A stretch of DNA of 64,000 nucleotides, from positions 1,283,155 through 1,347,154 of the forward strand of contig JBGANV010000001.1 in NCBI GenBank assembly GCA_044222185.1. Reading direction: 5' to 3'. Within the stretch, counting starts at the first letter, position 1; every line of letters begins with the position of its first letter. This DNA comes from Planctomycetota bacterium. GTDB lineage: Bacteria > Planctomycetota > GCA-002687715 > CAIWVZ01. The notes beneath the pieces were generated by a model. It searched no databases. It was not told the origin of the DNA and was given only the letters and a program-made list of their open reading frames with translations. Below are positions 1 to 9,387 of this stretch, in pieces. A program made the translations under genes and the position numbers.

Positions 1-502
1 AGTCGGCCTTGCCGCCGCCGTAGCGCGGCTGGAAGCAGCCCTTCGTCGTCGGAATGTCCATCGACCTCGTGGCGCTCGTGATGACGACGTTCCCAGCCCT
101 GTCGACCGCGAGGCCGTAGACGTTGCGCTCCTGCTTCGAGCCGCCGAAGTAGGTGCCGGCGAGAACACGGGCCCCATCGGCCGAAAGTCGCGCCAGGTAG
201 CAGTCGCCGCCCATCGCGCCTTCCTTGCCCGCGGGCTGATCGTCGCCGGCGTACCGTGGCTGCACGACGCCAGGAGTCGTGGGAAGTCCGGCGGACGACG
301 CCTGCCCTGCGACGAGGATCGAGCCGTCCTTCATCACCAGGACCTCACGGAGCTGATCGAACAGCGGTCCACCGAGATAGGTCGCCCAGGCGATCCTGTA
401 ACGGCTGGCGGGGTTGAGGGCCTGGGGTTGCACCGTCGGGTTCTGCGGGGGAGCGCAGGCACCGATCGCGACGAGGACGAGGGACGTGAGGAGTGGGCGC
501 AC
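1..502 (-). CDS. Partial (3' end outside window) secreted/lipoprotein with beta-propeller (SBBP-like) repeats; putative GTG start at 502
   Basis: Hand translation of minus strand gives MRPLLTSLVLVAIGACAPPQNP... (lipobox-like AIGAC) followed by YLGG..D..VAGQ / YFGGSKQE..GLAVD..GNVVITS repeat motifs; frame open to window edge; not in ORF track because no in-window stop. Confidence 0.45.
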   Translation of the reverse strand, partial: MRPLLTSLVLVAIGACAPPQNPTVQPQALNPASRYRIAWATYLGGPLFDQLREVLVMKDGSILVAGQASSAGLPTTPGVVQPRYAGDDQPAGKEGAMGGDCYLARLSADGARVLAGTYFGGSKQERNVYGLAVDRAGNVVITSATRSMDIPTTKGCFQPRYGGGKAD

Positions 503-575
503 GGCGCCGGGATTGTACGCGGCATCCCCTTTACGCGCGGTCCGCTTCGCGTTCTCATGCCGCGTGAGCCTTCCC

Positions 576-1796
576 ATGAGAACCTCTCGACTCGTCATCC
601 TCGTGTTCGCGATCCTCGCTGGGCCCGCCGCCCGAGCGCAGAAACCCGCCGTGACGCTCGGCATCGACGTGCTCCTCGGGGAGCGCATCGATCTCGTGGC
701 GAAGAAGCGCGTGGGACTCGTCACCAACCCGTCCGGCGTCGGTGGCAACCTGGTGGCGACGCTCGACCTGTTGGCACGGGACCCGCGCCTGAAACTCGTT
801 CAACTGTACGGGCCCGAACACGGGATCCGGGGCAGCGAGGCGGCCGGGGGCGCCGTCGCCGACGCCGTGGACCCGGTGACGAAAATCCCCGTGCAGAGTC
901 TCTATGGGAAGACGCGCCGGCCCACGCCCGAGACGCTCGCAGCTCTGGACGTGCTCGTGTTCGACATCCAGGACATCGGCTCGCGCACCTACACGTTCAC
1001 GTCGACCATGGCCGAATGCATGAAGGCCGCGAAGGACGCCGGCAAGCCGTTCGTCGTGCTCGACCGACCCAATCCGCTGGGCGGGCTCCTGTTCGAAGGC
1101 CCCGTTCGTGAAGAGAAGTATGCGAGCTTCATCGGATACGGCCCAACTCCCGTCTCGCACGGCATGACCATGGGCGAGCTCGCGAGGTTCTTCAACGAGG
1201 AGATGGGGATCGGCTGCAACCTCGTCGTCGTGGCGATGAAGGGCTGGAAGCGCAGCATGGTCTGGGAGGACACGGGGCTCGATTGGGTGCAGACGTCGCC
1301 TCACATTCCCCATGCACTGAACGCCCACCTCTACATCACCACGGGGATGATCGCAGGGTTGTCCAAGAACGTGAACGAGGGCGTCGGCTACACCCTTCCC
1401 TTCGAGACGATCGCCGCCGAGTGGATCGATCGCGACGCGCTCGTGGCTGCGATCGATGGAGAGAAGCTGCCGGGCCTGCGCGTCCGTCCCCTGAGCTACA
1501 CGCCGACCTACGGCAAGTTCTCGGGCAAGCTCCTGCACGGCATTCAGTTGATCCCGTCCGACCTCCGCCAGTTCCGCCCGCTACGCACGACGATCACGAT
1601 CATGACCGTCCTCGAGCGGCTGTATCCGCGCCGCGCGGAATACGAGGGCGACCAGTCCACGGGCCGTCACTGGGGCAACCTTCGCGTCCTCGAAATGGTG
1701 CGCGCAGGAAGGTCTGCCGCGGAGATCGAGGCATCATGGCAGGCCGAGCTGGCCACCTTCGCCGCGAAACGCGCGAAGGCCCTGCTCTACGACTGA
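576..1796 (+). CDS. DUF1343 / NamZ-like exo-beta-N-acetylmuramidase family protein, secreted
   Basis: Internal ATG of ORF 414..1796; signal peptide MRTSRLVILVFAILAGPAARA; DUF1343-like conserved blocks (GIDVLL, VGLVTNPSGV, YGPEHG, FDIQDIG-R-YTF); family call from recalled motifs, not searched. Confidence 0.7.
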   Translation: MRTSRLVILVFAILAGPAARAQKPAVTLGIDVLLGERIDLVAKKRVGLVTNPSGVGGNLVATLDLLARDPRLKLVQLYGPEHGIRGSEAAGGAVADAVDPVTKIPVQSLYGKTRRPTPETLAALDVLVFDIQDIGSRTYTFTSTMAECMKAAKDAGKPFVVLDRPNPLGGLLFEGPVREEKYASFIGYGPTPVSHGMTMGELARFFNEEMGIGCNLVVVAMKGWKRSMVWEDTGLDWVQTSPHIPHALNAHLYITTGMIAGLSKNVNEGVGYTLPFETIAAEWIDRDALVAAIDGEKLPGLRVRPLSYTPTYGKFSGKLLHGIQLIPSDLRQFRPLRTTITIMTVLERLYPRRAEYEGDQSTGRHWGNLRVLEMVRAGRSAAEIEASWQAELATFAAKRAKALLYD

Positions 1797-1809
1797 CGAC
1801 CTCGCGGGA

Positions 1810-3027
1810 TCATTGGAGTTGGAGCGGACCGGACACCGGGACGGCGTCGTCGGCCCCGTCCACGAGATTGCAGAACGGGTTCAGGCCCCGGCCGTACCAG
1901 ACCGTCGCCCCGTCCGGCGCCGCGCCCGGAAGACGGAGGACCACGGACTTCCCGTCGGCGCCCAGCGCTGCATCGAACGGAGGATCGAGCGGCGTCCCGT
2001 CCTTTGCCGCGAGCGAGAAGCCGGCCACGCGCTGCGAAACCGCGGGCGCCGCGTCGGCGCGGCCGCTCGCGACCGTCGACAGCGAGCCCTTCACGCCTTC
2101 GAACGAAACGATGATCTCGTCACGTCGTCCAGCGACGAACGCCACGCCGGTGATCCTCGGGCCGAACGTCGCGCCAGCCCCCGCGTCGATCGCGGCGGCG
2201 GCCCGCGCCATGCGGCGACCGAGCCGACGTTCTCCGTCCGTGCTCACGTGGATCGGATCGTCCAGGGACAGATCGATCGTGGACACGCACGCCGTCCGAG
2301 GAACGCGTGCCGGCAGGACGCGCTGGGCCTCCTGCACCATGTTCCACGGATCGTTCCACTCGGCCCGCGACGTCACGTAGCGGCTCAGTTGGGCGAACAC
2401 GAAGGGGAGCTCCGGGTTCCCAAGGTCGGCGCGTACGGCGGCGATGAACGCCTCGAACCGCTTGCCGTAGGAGGCGGCTGACTCGGCTCCGCCGACGGCA
2501 TCCGCCTCGCCCTGGTACCACAGCACGCCGGCCACCTTGGCTCCAGAGGCCTTCACCTTGGCCAGCATGGCCCCGTAAAGCGACTTCGAGTCGGCGCGCT
2601 TGCCCGGGTCCCATTGCGCGAGCGACGTGCCGCCGACGGCGCACGGGATCAGGCCGACGGGCTGCTTGACCCTGGCGAAGTGATCTCGCGCGAAGGTGAG
2701 GCCGGGGCCCACGCCCTTGATGACCGGCTGTGCCAGAGGGCGCCCGAGCGGTGCGGCGGCCCACCCCGCTCCCTGGCCCGGGTTCTTCGCCGAATGGAGG
2801 GGCTCCGCCGCGGGTTTCCACGACATCTCGCCCCGCGAGCCGAAGGTGAGCACGGGTGACGGATCGGCTGACTCCGTCTCGACGTAGCCGTTCCCTTCCA
2901 TGTTCGATTGGCCGGCCAGGACCCAGACGACGGGCGGTGGCGTGGCGTCCTGCCGTCGTCCGTCCTGCTGAGCGGCCAAGGCGATGCAAAGATGAGCGAC
3001 GCAGGTGACTGTTAGAAACATGGGCAT
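1810..3027 (-). CDS. SGNH-hydrolase sialate O-acetylesterase-like (DUF303) carbohydrate esterase, secreted
   Basis: Internal ATG (MPMFLTVTCVAHLCIALAAQQ signal) of ORF 1810..3258; GQSNMEG motif block, YQGEAD, DxxH near C-terminus, typical of DUF303/SGNH esterases. Confidence 0.75.
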   Translation of the reverse strand: MPMFLTVTCVAHLCIALAAQQDGRRQDATPPPVVWVLAGQSNMEGNGYVETESADPSPVLTFGSRGEMSWKPAAEPLHSAKNPGQGAGWAAAPLGRPLAQPVIKGVGPGLTFARDHFARVKQPVGLIPCAVGGTSLAQWDPGKRADSKSLYGAMLAKVKASGAKVAGVLWYQGEADAVGGAESAASYGKRFEAFIAAVRADLGNPELPFVFAQLSRYVTSRAEWNDPWNMVQEAQRVLPARVPRTACVSTIDLSLDDPIHVSTDGERRLGRRMARAAAAIDAGAGATFGPRITGVAFVAGRRDEIIVSFEGVKGSLSTVASGRADAAPAVSQRVAGFSLAAKDGTPLDPPFDAALGADGKSVVLRLPGAAPDGATVWYGRGLNPFCNLVDGADDAVPVSGPLQLQ

Positions 3028-3071
3028 CTCCGCGAGCGTTCGCGCGCGGAGCGTACCGGAGACCCCCGCAC

Positions 3072-3950
3072 GTGCGAAGACTCCCGCTCGTTCTCGTTTC
3101 GGTGACGGCTCTCGTGGGCGCCGGTCCCGCGTCGTTCGCGCAGGTCGCGCCGTCGGCCCCGGCGACGGACACGCGCCCCGCTGCAACCACGTCCGTGAAG
3201 CCGCCGCGGGTGCTCGATCGCGGCCCCTCCCTCGACGTACTGGCGAAACGCAAACCAACGACGGCCGATGCAGGCGACGCCACGTCGATCCCGACGTTCC
3301 GGATCGACCCCCAGAAGCCGGTCGCCACGCTCCGCACGGAAGCCATGCATGCGGCGCCGCCCACCGAGAAGAAACCGTCCCGGGCGGCGGATCTCGTCGA
3401 GGTCTCGACCCTCGATCCGACGATCAAGCTCGACATCCGATACGCAGGCACGAACAACTTCGTCGGCACTGCGTTCTACTCGCAGGCCCGGGCATTCCTG
3501 CAGAGACCCGCGGCAGAAGCGGTGTTGCGCGCACATCGGCGACTGAAGCCGCTGGGGTTCGGCCTGCTGATCCACGATGCCTACCGCCCGTGGTACGTCA
3601 CGAAGATGTTCTGGGACGCCACGCCCGCGGACAAGAAGGAGTTCGTCGCCAACCCGGCGAGCGGATCCAGGCACAACCGCGGCTGCGCCGTCGACCTCAC
3701 GCTGTACGACCTGCCGTCGGGCAGACCCATCGCCATGCCCAGCGGGTACGACGAGTTCTCCGACAGGGCGAGTCCGACCTACGCAGGAGGCTCGGAATCC
3801 GCTCGATGGCACCGAGACGTGTTGCGCGCCGCGATGGAGGCCGAAGGGTTCTGGGTGAATCAGAACGAGTGGTGGCACTTCGACCACGAGCAGTTCGAGC
3901 TCTACGGCATCTTGAACGTTCCGTTCGAGCAACTGGGCGCACCGCGATGA
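3072..3950 (+). CDS. D-alanyl-D-alanine dipeptidase, VanX/DdpX (peptidase M15D) family, with N-terminal signal peptide and Pro/Ala/Thr-rich linker
   Basis: GTG start; DIRYAGTNNFVG, AYRPW, SRHNRGCAVDLTL, EWWHFD motifs diagnostic of VanX-type Zn dipeptidases; MRRLPLVLVSVTALVGAGPASFAQ signal. Confidence 0.8.
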   Translation: MRRLPLVLVSVTALVGAGPASFAQVAPSAPATDTRPAATTSVKPPRVLDRGPSLDVLAKRKPTTADAGDATSIPTFRIDPQKPVATLRTEAMHAAPPTEKKPSRAADLVEVSTLDPTIKLDIRYAGTNNFVGTAFYSQARAFLQRPAAEAVLRAHRRLKPLGFGLLIHDAYRPWYVTKMFWDATPADKKEFVANPASGSRHNRGCAVDLTLYDLPSGRPIAMPSGYDEFSDRASPTYAGGSESARWHRDVLRAAMEAEGFWVNQNEWWHFDHEQFELYGILNVPFEQLGAPR

Positions 3951-4966
3951 AGCGCCTGCCGGCGCGGATCTCCGTCGTGCTCGCCGTCGCCCTCGCCCAG
4001 GTGCTCGCGCAGACCCCGGCGCAGCGGCTCCGGATGGAGGCGGGGAACCTCTACCGAGAGGGGCGCCACCGCGACATCCTCTTGCGCGTCTCGCCCAACC
4101 TCGCGGAGTCGCCCGACTGCGCCGACCTCTGGGTCATGGCGGCCGAGGCCAATCTGAAGCTCGACGAGCCAGCCCGCGCCGTCGAGCAATTCGAGAAGGC
4201 GATCCACCTTCAGCCGACCATTCGCTCGCTCTGCCTGAACCTGGGTTACGCCTACACGAAGGTGGGGCGGCTCGATGATGCGCGAAAGACGTTCCAATCC
4301 TTCGTCGGCGGGAACACGCCCGACCGCATGGCGAGGGCGCACGTGGGGCTGGGCCTGATCTCGCTCGAAGAGAGCGACACGGCGTCCGCGCGCGCGTCAT
4401 TCGAAGCGGCGATCAAGCTCGGCTCCGACGATCAACGACCCTACTTCCGACTCGCCCAGCTCCAGCTCACGGAGGGCGACGCGCTCGCGGCAATCGCGAA
4501 TTTCGAGGCCGCACTGAAGCGCGATCCGCTCCAGCATGGTGCCGCCTACGGGCTCGCACGCGCGCATGCGCGTGCGGGCCACGCCGCGGAGGCCGCCACC
4601 TGGGAGTCCCGGCACCGGCGGATCCTCGCGGCAAGCGATGGGATCCACTCCGCCATCGAGGCACTCTCGCGCGCGCCCGATCCGGCCGTCGCCCGTCTTG
4701 CGATCGCGCGCCTCTACCTTTCCGTGTCCGCCGAGACGGAGGCCGCGAACTGGCTTCGCCGCGGTTTCGAGGCCGCCGGCGACGCGCGAGACGTACGCGC
4801 CGCGCTCCTGTCAGCAGGGTTCACGGGAAGTGACTCGTCCCTTGCGGCGTCCGCGCTCCGCAAATTCCAGGACCGTTTGAAGGCCGAACCGCGAACGCTT
4901 CGAGGGCTGGACGTCCTGACGAAGATGACCGAGTCGCGTCCCACACCCGCCGAGTCCCGCCCATGA
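3947..4966 (+). CDS. TPR-repeat protein, secreted
   Basis: ATGA overlap with upstream stop; signal MKRLPARISVVLAVALAQVLAQ; repeated TPR-like A..Y..A.....A segments (GYAYTKVGRLDDARKTFQ, AAYGLARAHARAGHAAEA). Confidence 0.6.
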   Translation: MKRLPARISVVLAVALAQVLAQTPAQRLRMEAGNLYREGRHRDILLRVSPNLAESPDCADLWVMAAEANLKLDEPARAVEQFEKAIHLQPTIRSLCLNLGYAYTKVGRLDDARKTFQSFVGGNTPDRMARAHVGLGLISLEESDTASARASFEAAIKLGSDDQRPYFRLAQLQLTEGDALAAIANFEAALKRDPLQHGAAYGLARAHARAGHAAEAATWESRHRRILAASDGIHSAIEALSRAPDPAVARLAIARLYLSVSAETEAANWLRRGFEAAGDARDVRAALLSAGFTGSDSSLAASALRKFQDRLKAEPRTLRGLDVLTKMTESRPTPAESRP

Positions 4967-6687
4967 AGACCTCACTGGCTGCCCTGCTGGCCGTCGTCTT
5001 CGTGAGCGGTTGCGGCAAGTCCACGCCGGTTGCGCCGACGCGGCCCGCGCCCCCACCTGCGAGCGGGCCAACCGGCTCCGCCGAGACGTTCCGGTTCTCC
5101 GACGTGTCGGCGGCATCGGGTCTCACGTTCGTCTCCCGCTGCGGCGACAGGCAGGAGTACATCCCCGAGGCCAAGGGATCGGGCGTCGCGGTCTTCGACT
5201 ACGATCGTGACGGCAAGGTGGACGTGCTCCTCATCGCCGGATCGACCGTCGAGCGCGAGCGCGCCCGGCAGGCGGGTTTCGGCGTCCGCCTGTATCGCGG
5301 CCGAGGCGACCTGACCTTCGAGGACGTCACGGAGCGCGCGGGATTCCCCGACCTGGGGTGGATCAACGCGCCAGTGCCGTTGGATTTTGACGGCGACGGG
5401 TGGACTGACGTGCTCTTCACCGGGCTGAGCGGACTCCGCCTCTTCCGCAACGTCGAAGGGCGATTCGTCGAGGCGACCGGGACTTCGCTGCCTCCTGACG
5501 CTCGTGCGATGTCGTGGTGCACGAGCGCCGTCGCCGTCGACATCGACGCCGACGGCGACCTCGACGTCTTCGTGGCCCGCTACATCGACTTCGATCTCGC
5601 GCGTCCTCCCAAGGACGGCGTCGACGGGCGCCAGTGCCGGTGGAAGAACCGCCCCGTGGTCTGTGGTCCACGCGGCCTGAAGGCCCTGACGGACGTCCTG
5701 CTCGTGAACCGAGGGGATGGGACGTTCGAGAACGCCACGCACCGCATGGGGATCGATGCCGTCGAGCCAGCGTACGGTCTCGGCGTCATCGCGATGGACT
5801 ACGACCGCGACGAAAGACCGGACATCTTCGTCGCGAACGATGCCACGCCGAACCACCTGTGGCACAACGAGGGTGGCCGGTTCGTCGAGGTCGCGTTCCG
5901 CATGGGCGTGGCCTATTCGGCCGACGGCGCCCCGGAGGCCGGCATGGGCGTCGACGCAGCCGACCTGAACGGCGATGGCATCGAGGACCTGTACGTCACG
6001 AACTTCGAAGGCGAGACGAACGACGTGTATCTCTCGACGAAGCTCGGCGACTTCGAGGAGGCGTCGGCGCGGGTTCGCTGTGCCGCGGTCGACAAGCCAA
6101 ACCTCGGGTGGGGATGCGCGATCCGCGATTTCGATGGCGATGGCCGCCAGGACATCCTCGTCGCGAACGGACACGTCTACGCGAACGCGGACGAGCCCGG
6201 AACCGGTACCTCCTACGCGATGCCGCGCGTCCTCCATCTCGGCGACGCCGGGGGGACGTTCCACCCCATGAGAGGTCCGGACGCCGCGGCCCTCGACGAC
6301 AAGCACGTGAGCCGCGGGATGGCCGTTGCGGACTTCGACGACGACGGCGACTGCGACGTATTGATCGTGAACATCAACCAGCCGCCGACGTTGCTGCGAA
6401 ACGACACGCCGGCAGGGCGTACGTGGCTCGGCCTCGTACTCGAGGGACCGAGGGGCAACCCCACCGCGCTGGGCGCGACGGTGAAGACGATCGGCGACGG
6501 ATTCGAACGCACCCAGATGGTTCGCGCTCAGTCGTCGTTCGAAAGCTCCTGCGACCCGCGGGTCATCGTGAGGTTTCCATCGCCGGCGAAGAACCTGCGC
6601 GTGGAGGTCGGGTTGGCCGGCTGCAAGCCCGTGCGGCTGGACGCCCCGGCAACCGGCCGGTACCACGCAGTCGTCTTCGCCAGGTAA
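4963..6687 (+). CDS. CRTAC1-family lipoprotein: FG-GAP/VCBS repeats plus C-terminal ASPIC/UnbV domain
   Basis: ATGA overlap with upstream; lipobox VFVSGCGKS; multiple D.D.DG..D repeats (FDYDRDGKVDVL, DFDGDGWTDVL, DIDADGDLDVF, DFDGDGRQDIL, DFDDDGDCDVL); C-terminal UnbV-like block GATVKTIGDGFERTQ...SSFESSCDPR. Confidence 0.75.
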   Translation: MKTSLAALLAVVFVSGCGKSTPVAPTRPAPPPASGPTGSAETFRFSDVSAASGLTFVSRCGDRQEYIPEAKGSGVAVFDYDRDGKVDVLLIAGSTVERERARQAGFGVRLYRGRGDLTFEDVTERAGFPDLGWINAPVPLDFDGDGWTDVLFTGLSGLRLFRNVEGRFVEATGTSLPPDARAMSWCTSAVAVDIDADGDLDVFVARYIDFDLARPPKDGVDGRQCRWKNRPVVCGPRGLKALTDVLLVNRGDGTFENATHRMGIDAVEPAYGLGVIAMDYDRDERPDIFVANDATPNHLWHNEGGRFVEVAFRMGVAYSADGAPEAGMGVDAADLNGDGIEDLYVTNFEGETNDVYLSTKLGDFEEASARVRCAAVDKPNLGWGCAIRDFDGDGRQDILVANGHVYANADEPGTGTSYAMPRVLHLGDAGGTFHPMRGPDAAALDDKHVSRGMAVADFDDDGDCDVLIVNINQPPTLLRNDTPAGRTWLGLVLEGPRGNPTALGATVKTIGDGFERTQMVRAQSSFESSCDPRVIVRFPSPAKNLRVEVGLAGCKPVRLDAPATGRYHAVVFAR

Positions 6688-6774
6688 ACGCGCGGCGTGC
6701 CCGCGGAGCGACGGTTCGAGGCCCTCCTGGTAGACTCCTCGGCTCTTCCCCGTCACTCCGTCAGGTTTTCAAAG

Positions 6775-8616
6775 ATGAAGTCATTCGGCGCCCTCGTGGT
6801 GTGTGCCCTCGTCGTGTGCGGACGGATCCGCGCACAACAGTTCGTGGACCAGACCGCCGCTCGGCTACCGGTCGCGGCCGTCTGGAGCGAAGAAGTGGAT
6901 GCGGCGGACGTGGACGGCGACGGCGACCTGGACATCATCTGGGGTCGCGGCGACGGCTTCGCCAGTGCGGGCACGGGTCGCCAGAGTCTGCTCCTCATCA
7001 ACAACGGCTCCGGTGTCTTCGCCGACCAGACGGCGACCCGACTGCCGGTCCTCCTCGAGAACACCAAGGACGTGGACTTCGTCGACGTGGACGGCGACGG
7101 CGACTTCGACCTCGTGTTCGCGAATGCCTTCGGACATCTGCCGCGACTCTTCCTGAACAACGGCAGCGGCGTCTTCACCGACGTCACCTCGACGAACCTT
7201 CCCGGCATCCCGCTGAACTCCTTCGGCTGCGCGGCGGGCGACGTCGACAACGACGGCGACCTGGACCTGGTCTTCACCGACAGCGGCCCGACGACGTTCA
7301 CGGCGCCCGGCGGTCAACCGCGCATCTACCGGAACGACGGCACCGGTCACTTCACCGACGTCACGACGAGTTCGATGCCTGCCGTCCTCATGTCGGCGTG
7401 CACCGACGTCAACTTCGCCGACGTCGACGGCGACTTCGACCTGGACCTGTTCGTCGTCAGCCGCGATGGACAGAGCAAGCTCTTCATCAACGACGGCGCG
7501 GGGCATTTCACGGAGCGCGTCCTCCCGCCGGATGGCTCGGGCACCTACGACTACGCGATCGGCGACCTGGATGGTGACAACGACGCCGACGTGTTCGTCG
7601 TCGGCGTCAGCGGGTTGAACGAGGGTGTCTTTCGCAACGATGGCCTCGGCAACTTCACCGACGTGAGCGGAGCGTCCGTGCTCGGAAACGCCAACTCGGA
7701 CGACAACCAGGCGACGCTCGGCGACATCGACAACGACGGCGACTGGGACGTGGCCGTCGCCGCTCTGACCACGGCCGAGCGCATCCTCGTCAACAACGGC
7801 GCCGGGGTGTTCACGTACAACTCGGCCCTGGTCACGAGCTTCATCGATAGTTCGCTGGACTGCGAGTTCGCGGACATCGACAACGACGGCGACCTGGACC
7901 TGCTCACGGCCGTCGGCGAATCCGGAGCCTTCCAGAATCGCGTGTACGTCAACAACGGCGTCACGGATACGCGGGCGCCGGTGCTCACGATCCAGACGCC
8001 CCCGTCGTCCACGCCGTGGGGATTGGTGCCCGTTCGCGTGTCGATCCGGGACATCCGGGCCTCGGACGGCGATCCCGAATACCACGGAGTCACGCTCACC
8101 TACGCCATCAACGGTGGCGCATCGCAGACGGTGCCCATGCACTGGAGCGGCGCCCAGATCTTCCGGGGCGCGATTCCCGGCGTTCCACCGGGCGCGTCGA
8201 TAACCTGCCACGCGAACTGCACGGATCGCAGCAACAACGTGGGCGCCAGCGCGACGGTCAACTTCAGCCCCCTCGGGATCCCCCCGCTGTCACTCTCCGT
8301 GACCCCGCAGTCCGGCGGCGCGACCATCGTGATCGCGAGCCCCGGAGACCCGGGAGCGGAGGAGTACCTGCTCGTCTCGGCTCAGACCTCGGCACCCATC
8401 GGCGCGGGCCCGTTCGTGGGACTTGGCGTCGATGCATTCAACATCCTGCTTCTTCCCACCGGCCTCCCGCCGCTCCACGATTTCCTGAACGCCGCGGGCA
8501 CCCAGACGACCGTCATTCCCTCCGGGGCCGTGCCGTTGGGCACGCAGTTCGATGCCCGCGTCGTGCTCGTCGTCCCCGGGATCAAGCTCTCGCCGATCTC
8601 GCGCATCCTGTTCTGA
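6775..8616 (+). CDS. FG-GAP/VCBS repeat-containing secreted protein with C-terminal Ig-like region
   Basis: Internal ATG (MKSFGALVVCALVVCGRIRAQQ signal) of ORF 6697..8616; >10 copies of DVDGDGDLD-type calcium-binding repeats. Confidence 0.7.
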   Translation: MKSFGALVVCALVVCGRIRAQQFVDQTAARLPVAAVWSEEVDAADVDGDGDLDIIWGRGDGFASAGTGRQSLLLINNGSGVFADQTATRLPVLLENTKDVDFVDVDGDGDFDLVFANAFGHLPRLFLNNGSGVFTDVTSTNLPGIPLNSFGCAAGDVDNDGDLDLVFTDSGPTTFTAPGGQPRIYRNDGTGHFTDVTTSSMPAVLMSACTDVNFADVDGDFDLDLFVVSRDGQSKLFINDGAGHFTERVLPPDGSGTYDYAIGDLDGDNDADVFVVGVSGLNEGVFRNDGLGNFTDVSGASVLGNANSDDNQATLGDIDNDGDWDVAVAALTTAERILVNNGAGVFTYNSALVTSFIDSSLDCEFADIDNDGDLDLLTAVGESGAFQNRVYVNNGVTDTRAPVLTIQTPPSSTPWGLVPVRVSIRDIRASDGDPEYHGVTLTYAINGGASQTVPMHWSGAQIFRGAIPGVPPGASITCHANCTDRSNNVGASATVNFSPLGIPPLSLSVTPQSGGATIVIASPGDPGAEEYLLVSAQTSAPIGAGPFVGLGVDAFNILLLPTGLPPLHDFLNAAGTQTTVIPSGAVPLGTQFDARVVLVVPGIKLSPISRILF

Positions 8617-8775
8617 GGACGCATCGCGCGCCGGCCGCACCGCGGCCGTGCGCCGGCCCCAAGTTCCACGGATCGCGTCGACGCGATGGCCGGCGTAGGC
8701 GTCCGGCCGTATGATCGCCGCCGAAGGAAAGGCCCGCCCGGCTCCACACCCCGCGGCGCGCCACGGCCCGGCCTG

Positions 8776-9387
8776 ATGAAACCGTCCCGATCGTTCCTCG
8801 GCGTCGTGGTGTTCGTGATCCTCGCGAGCGGCACGGCGTGCGAGTCGAGCCGCGTCACCCTCGCGGAAGTGGCACCCGTCCCCGACGAGGTCTACCGCAG
8901 CGAGGTCGTGGACCTCGCCGAGCAGGCCTCGCTCGAATCCAGGATCGTCGCCGCGGCCGAGCGCGTGCTCCGGTCGGCGGACGCTCCCCGGTGGCGGGAA
9001 CGCCAGACGACCGAGTTCAAGGCGCGCCATGCGCAAGCCCTCGCGTCGATCGTCGGGTCAGCCGGAATCACGCGGCCGGACCTCCGGGACCCAGCCTCCA
9101 CCACACGCCGTGCGTTCACCCTGCCCGGCGATGAGCCACGCCCGTCGCCGGCCTTCCGCGGATTCGACACACGCTTCACGGTCGACCATCCCCTGGCGCA
9201 GAGCGACCTGGTGATCTTGATCGATCAGGATCTGGCGTTCGCGTTCTACTTCGACGATCCGCATGCGGTCGACGGGACCCACACGCGGCCGGCGGATCCA
9301 GCGCTGGACCTGCCCCCGATCCGCACGACGGCCGGGTGGCTGATCCTCTTCCCCTCCTCACTCCTCCTCGATCGGACGAATCCATGA
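8776..9387 (+). CDS. Hypothetical membrane-anchored/secreted protein, no recognised domain
   Basis: Internal ATG with N-terminal hydrophobic helix MKPSRSFLGVVVFVILASGTAC; stop overlaps next gene start (ATGA). Confidence 0.5.
   Translation: MKPSRSFLGVVVFVILASGTACESSRVTLAEVAPVPDEVYRSEVVDLAEQASLESRIVAAAERVLRSADAPRWRERQTTEFKARHAQALASIVGSAGITRPDLRDPASTTRRAFTLPGDEPRPSPAFRGFDTRFTVDHPLAQSDLVILIDQDLAFAFYFDDPHAVDGTHTRPADPALDLPPIRTTAGWLILFPSSLLLDRTNP

Noticed and set aside
555-1538. 327-aa ORF antisense to the NamZ-like gene, with similar overlapping ORFs elsewhere (4972..6756, 5514..7577, 6865..8211, 9246..10469, 10722..11897, 20742..22805, 31493..32707, 31752..32927, 37975..39288, 44823..46637, 46992..48095, 51247..52449, 52612..53577, 58081..59634)
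   Set aside because: All overlap a gene with clear family signatures on the other strand or frame, are Arg/Pro/Gly-rich with no motifs, and are the expected stop-codon-poor antisense frames of a roughly 70% GC genome
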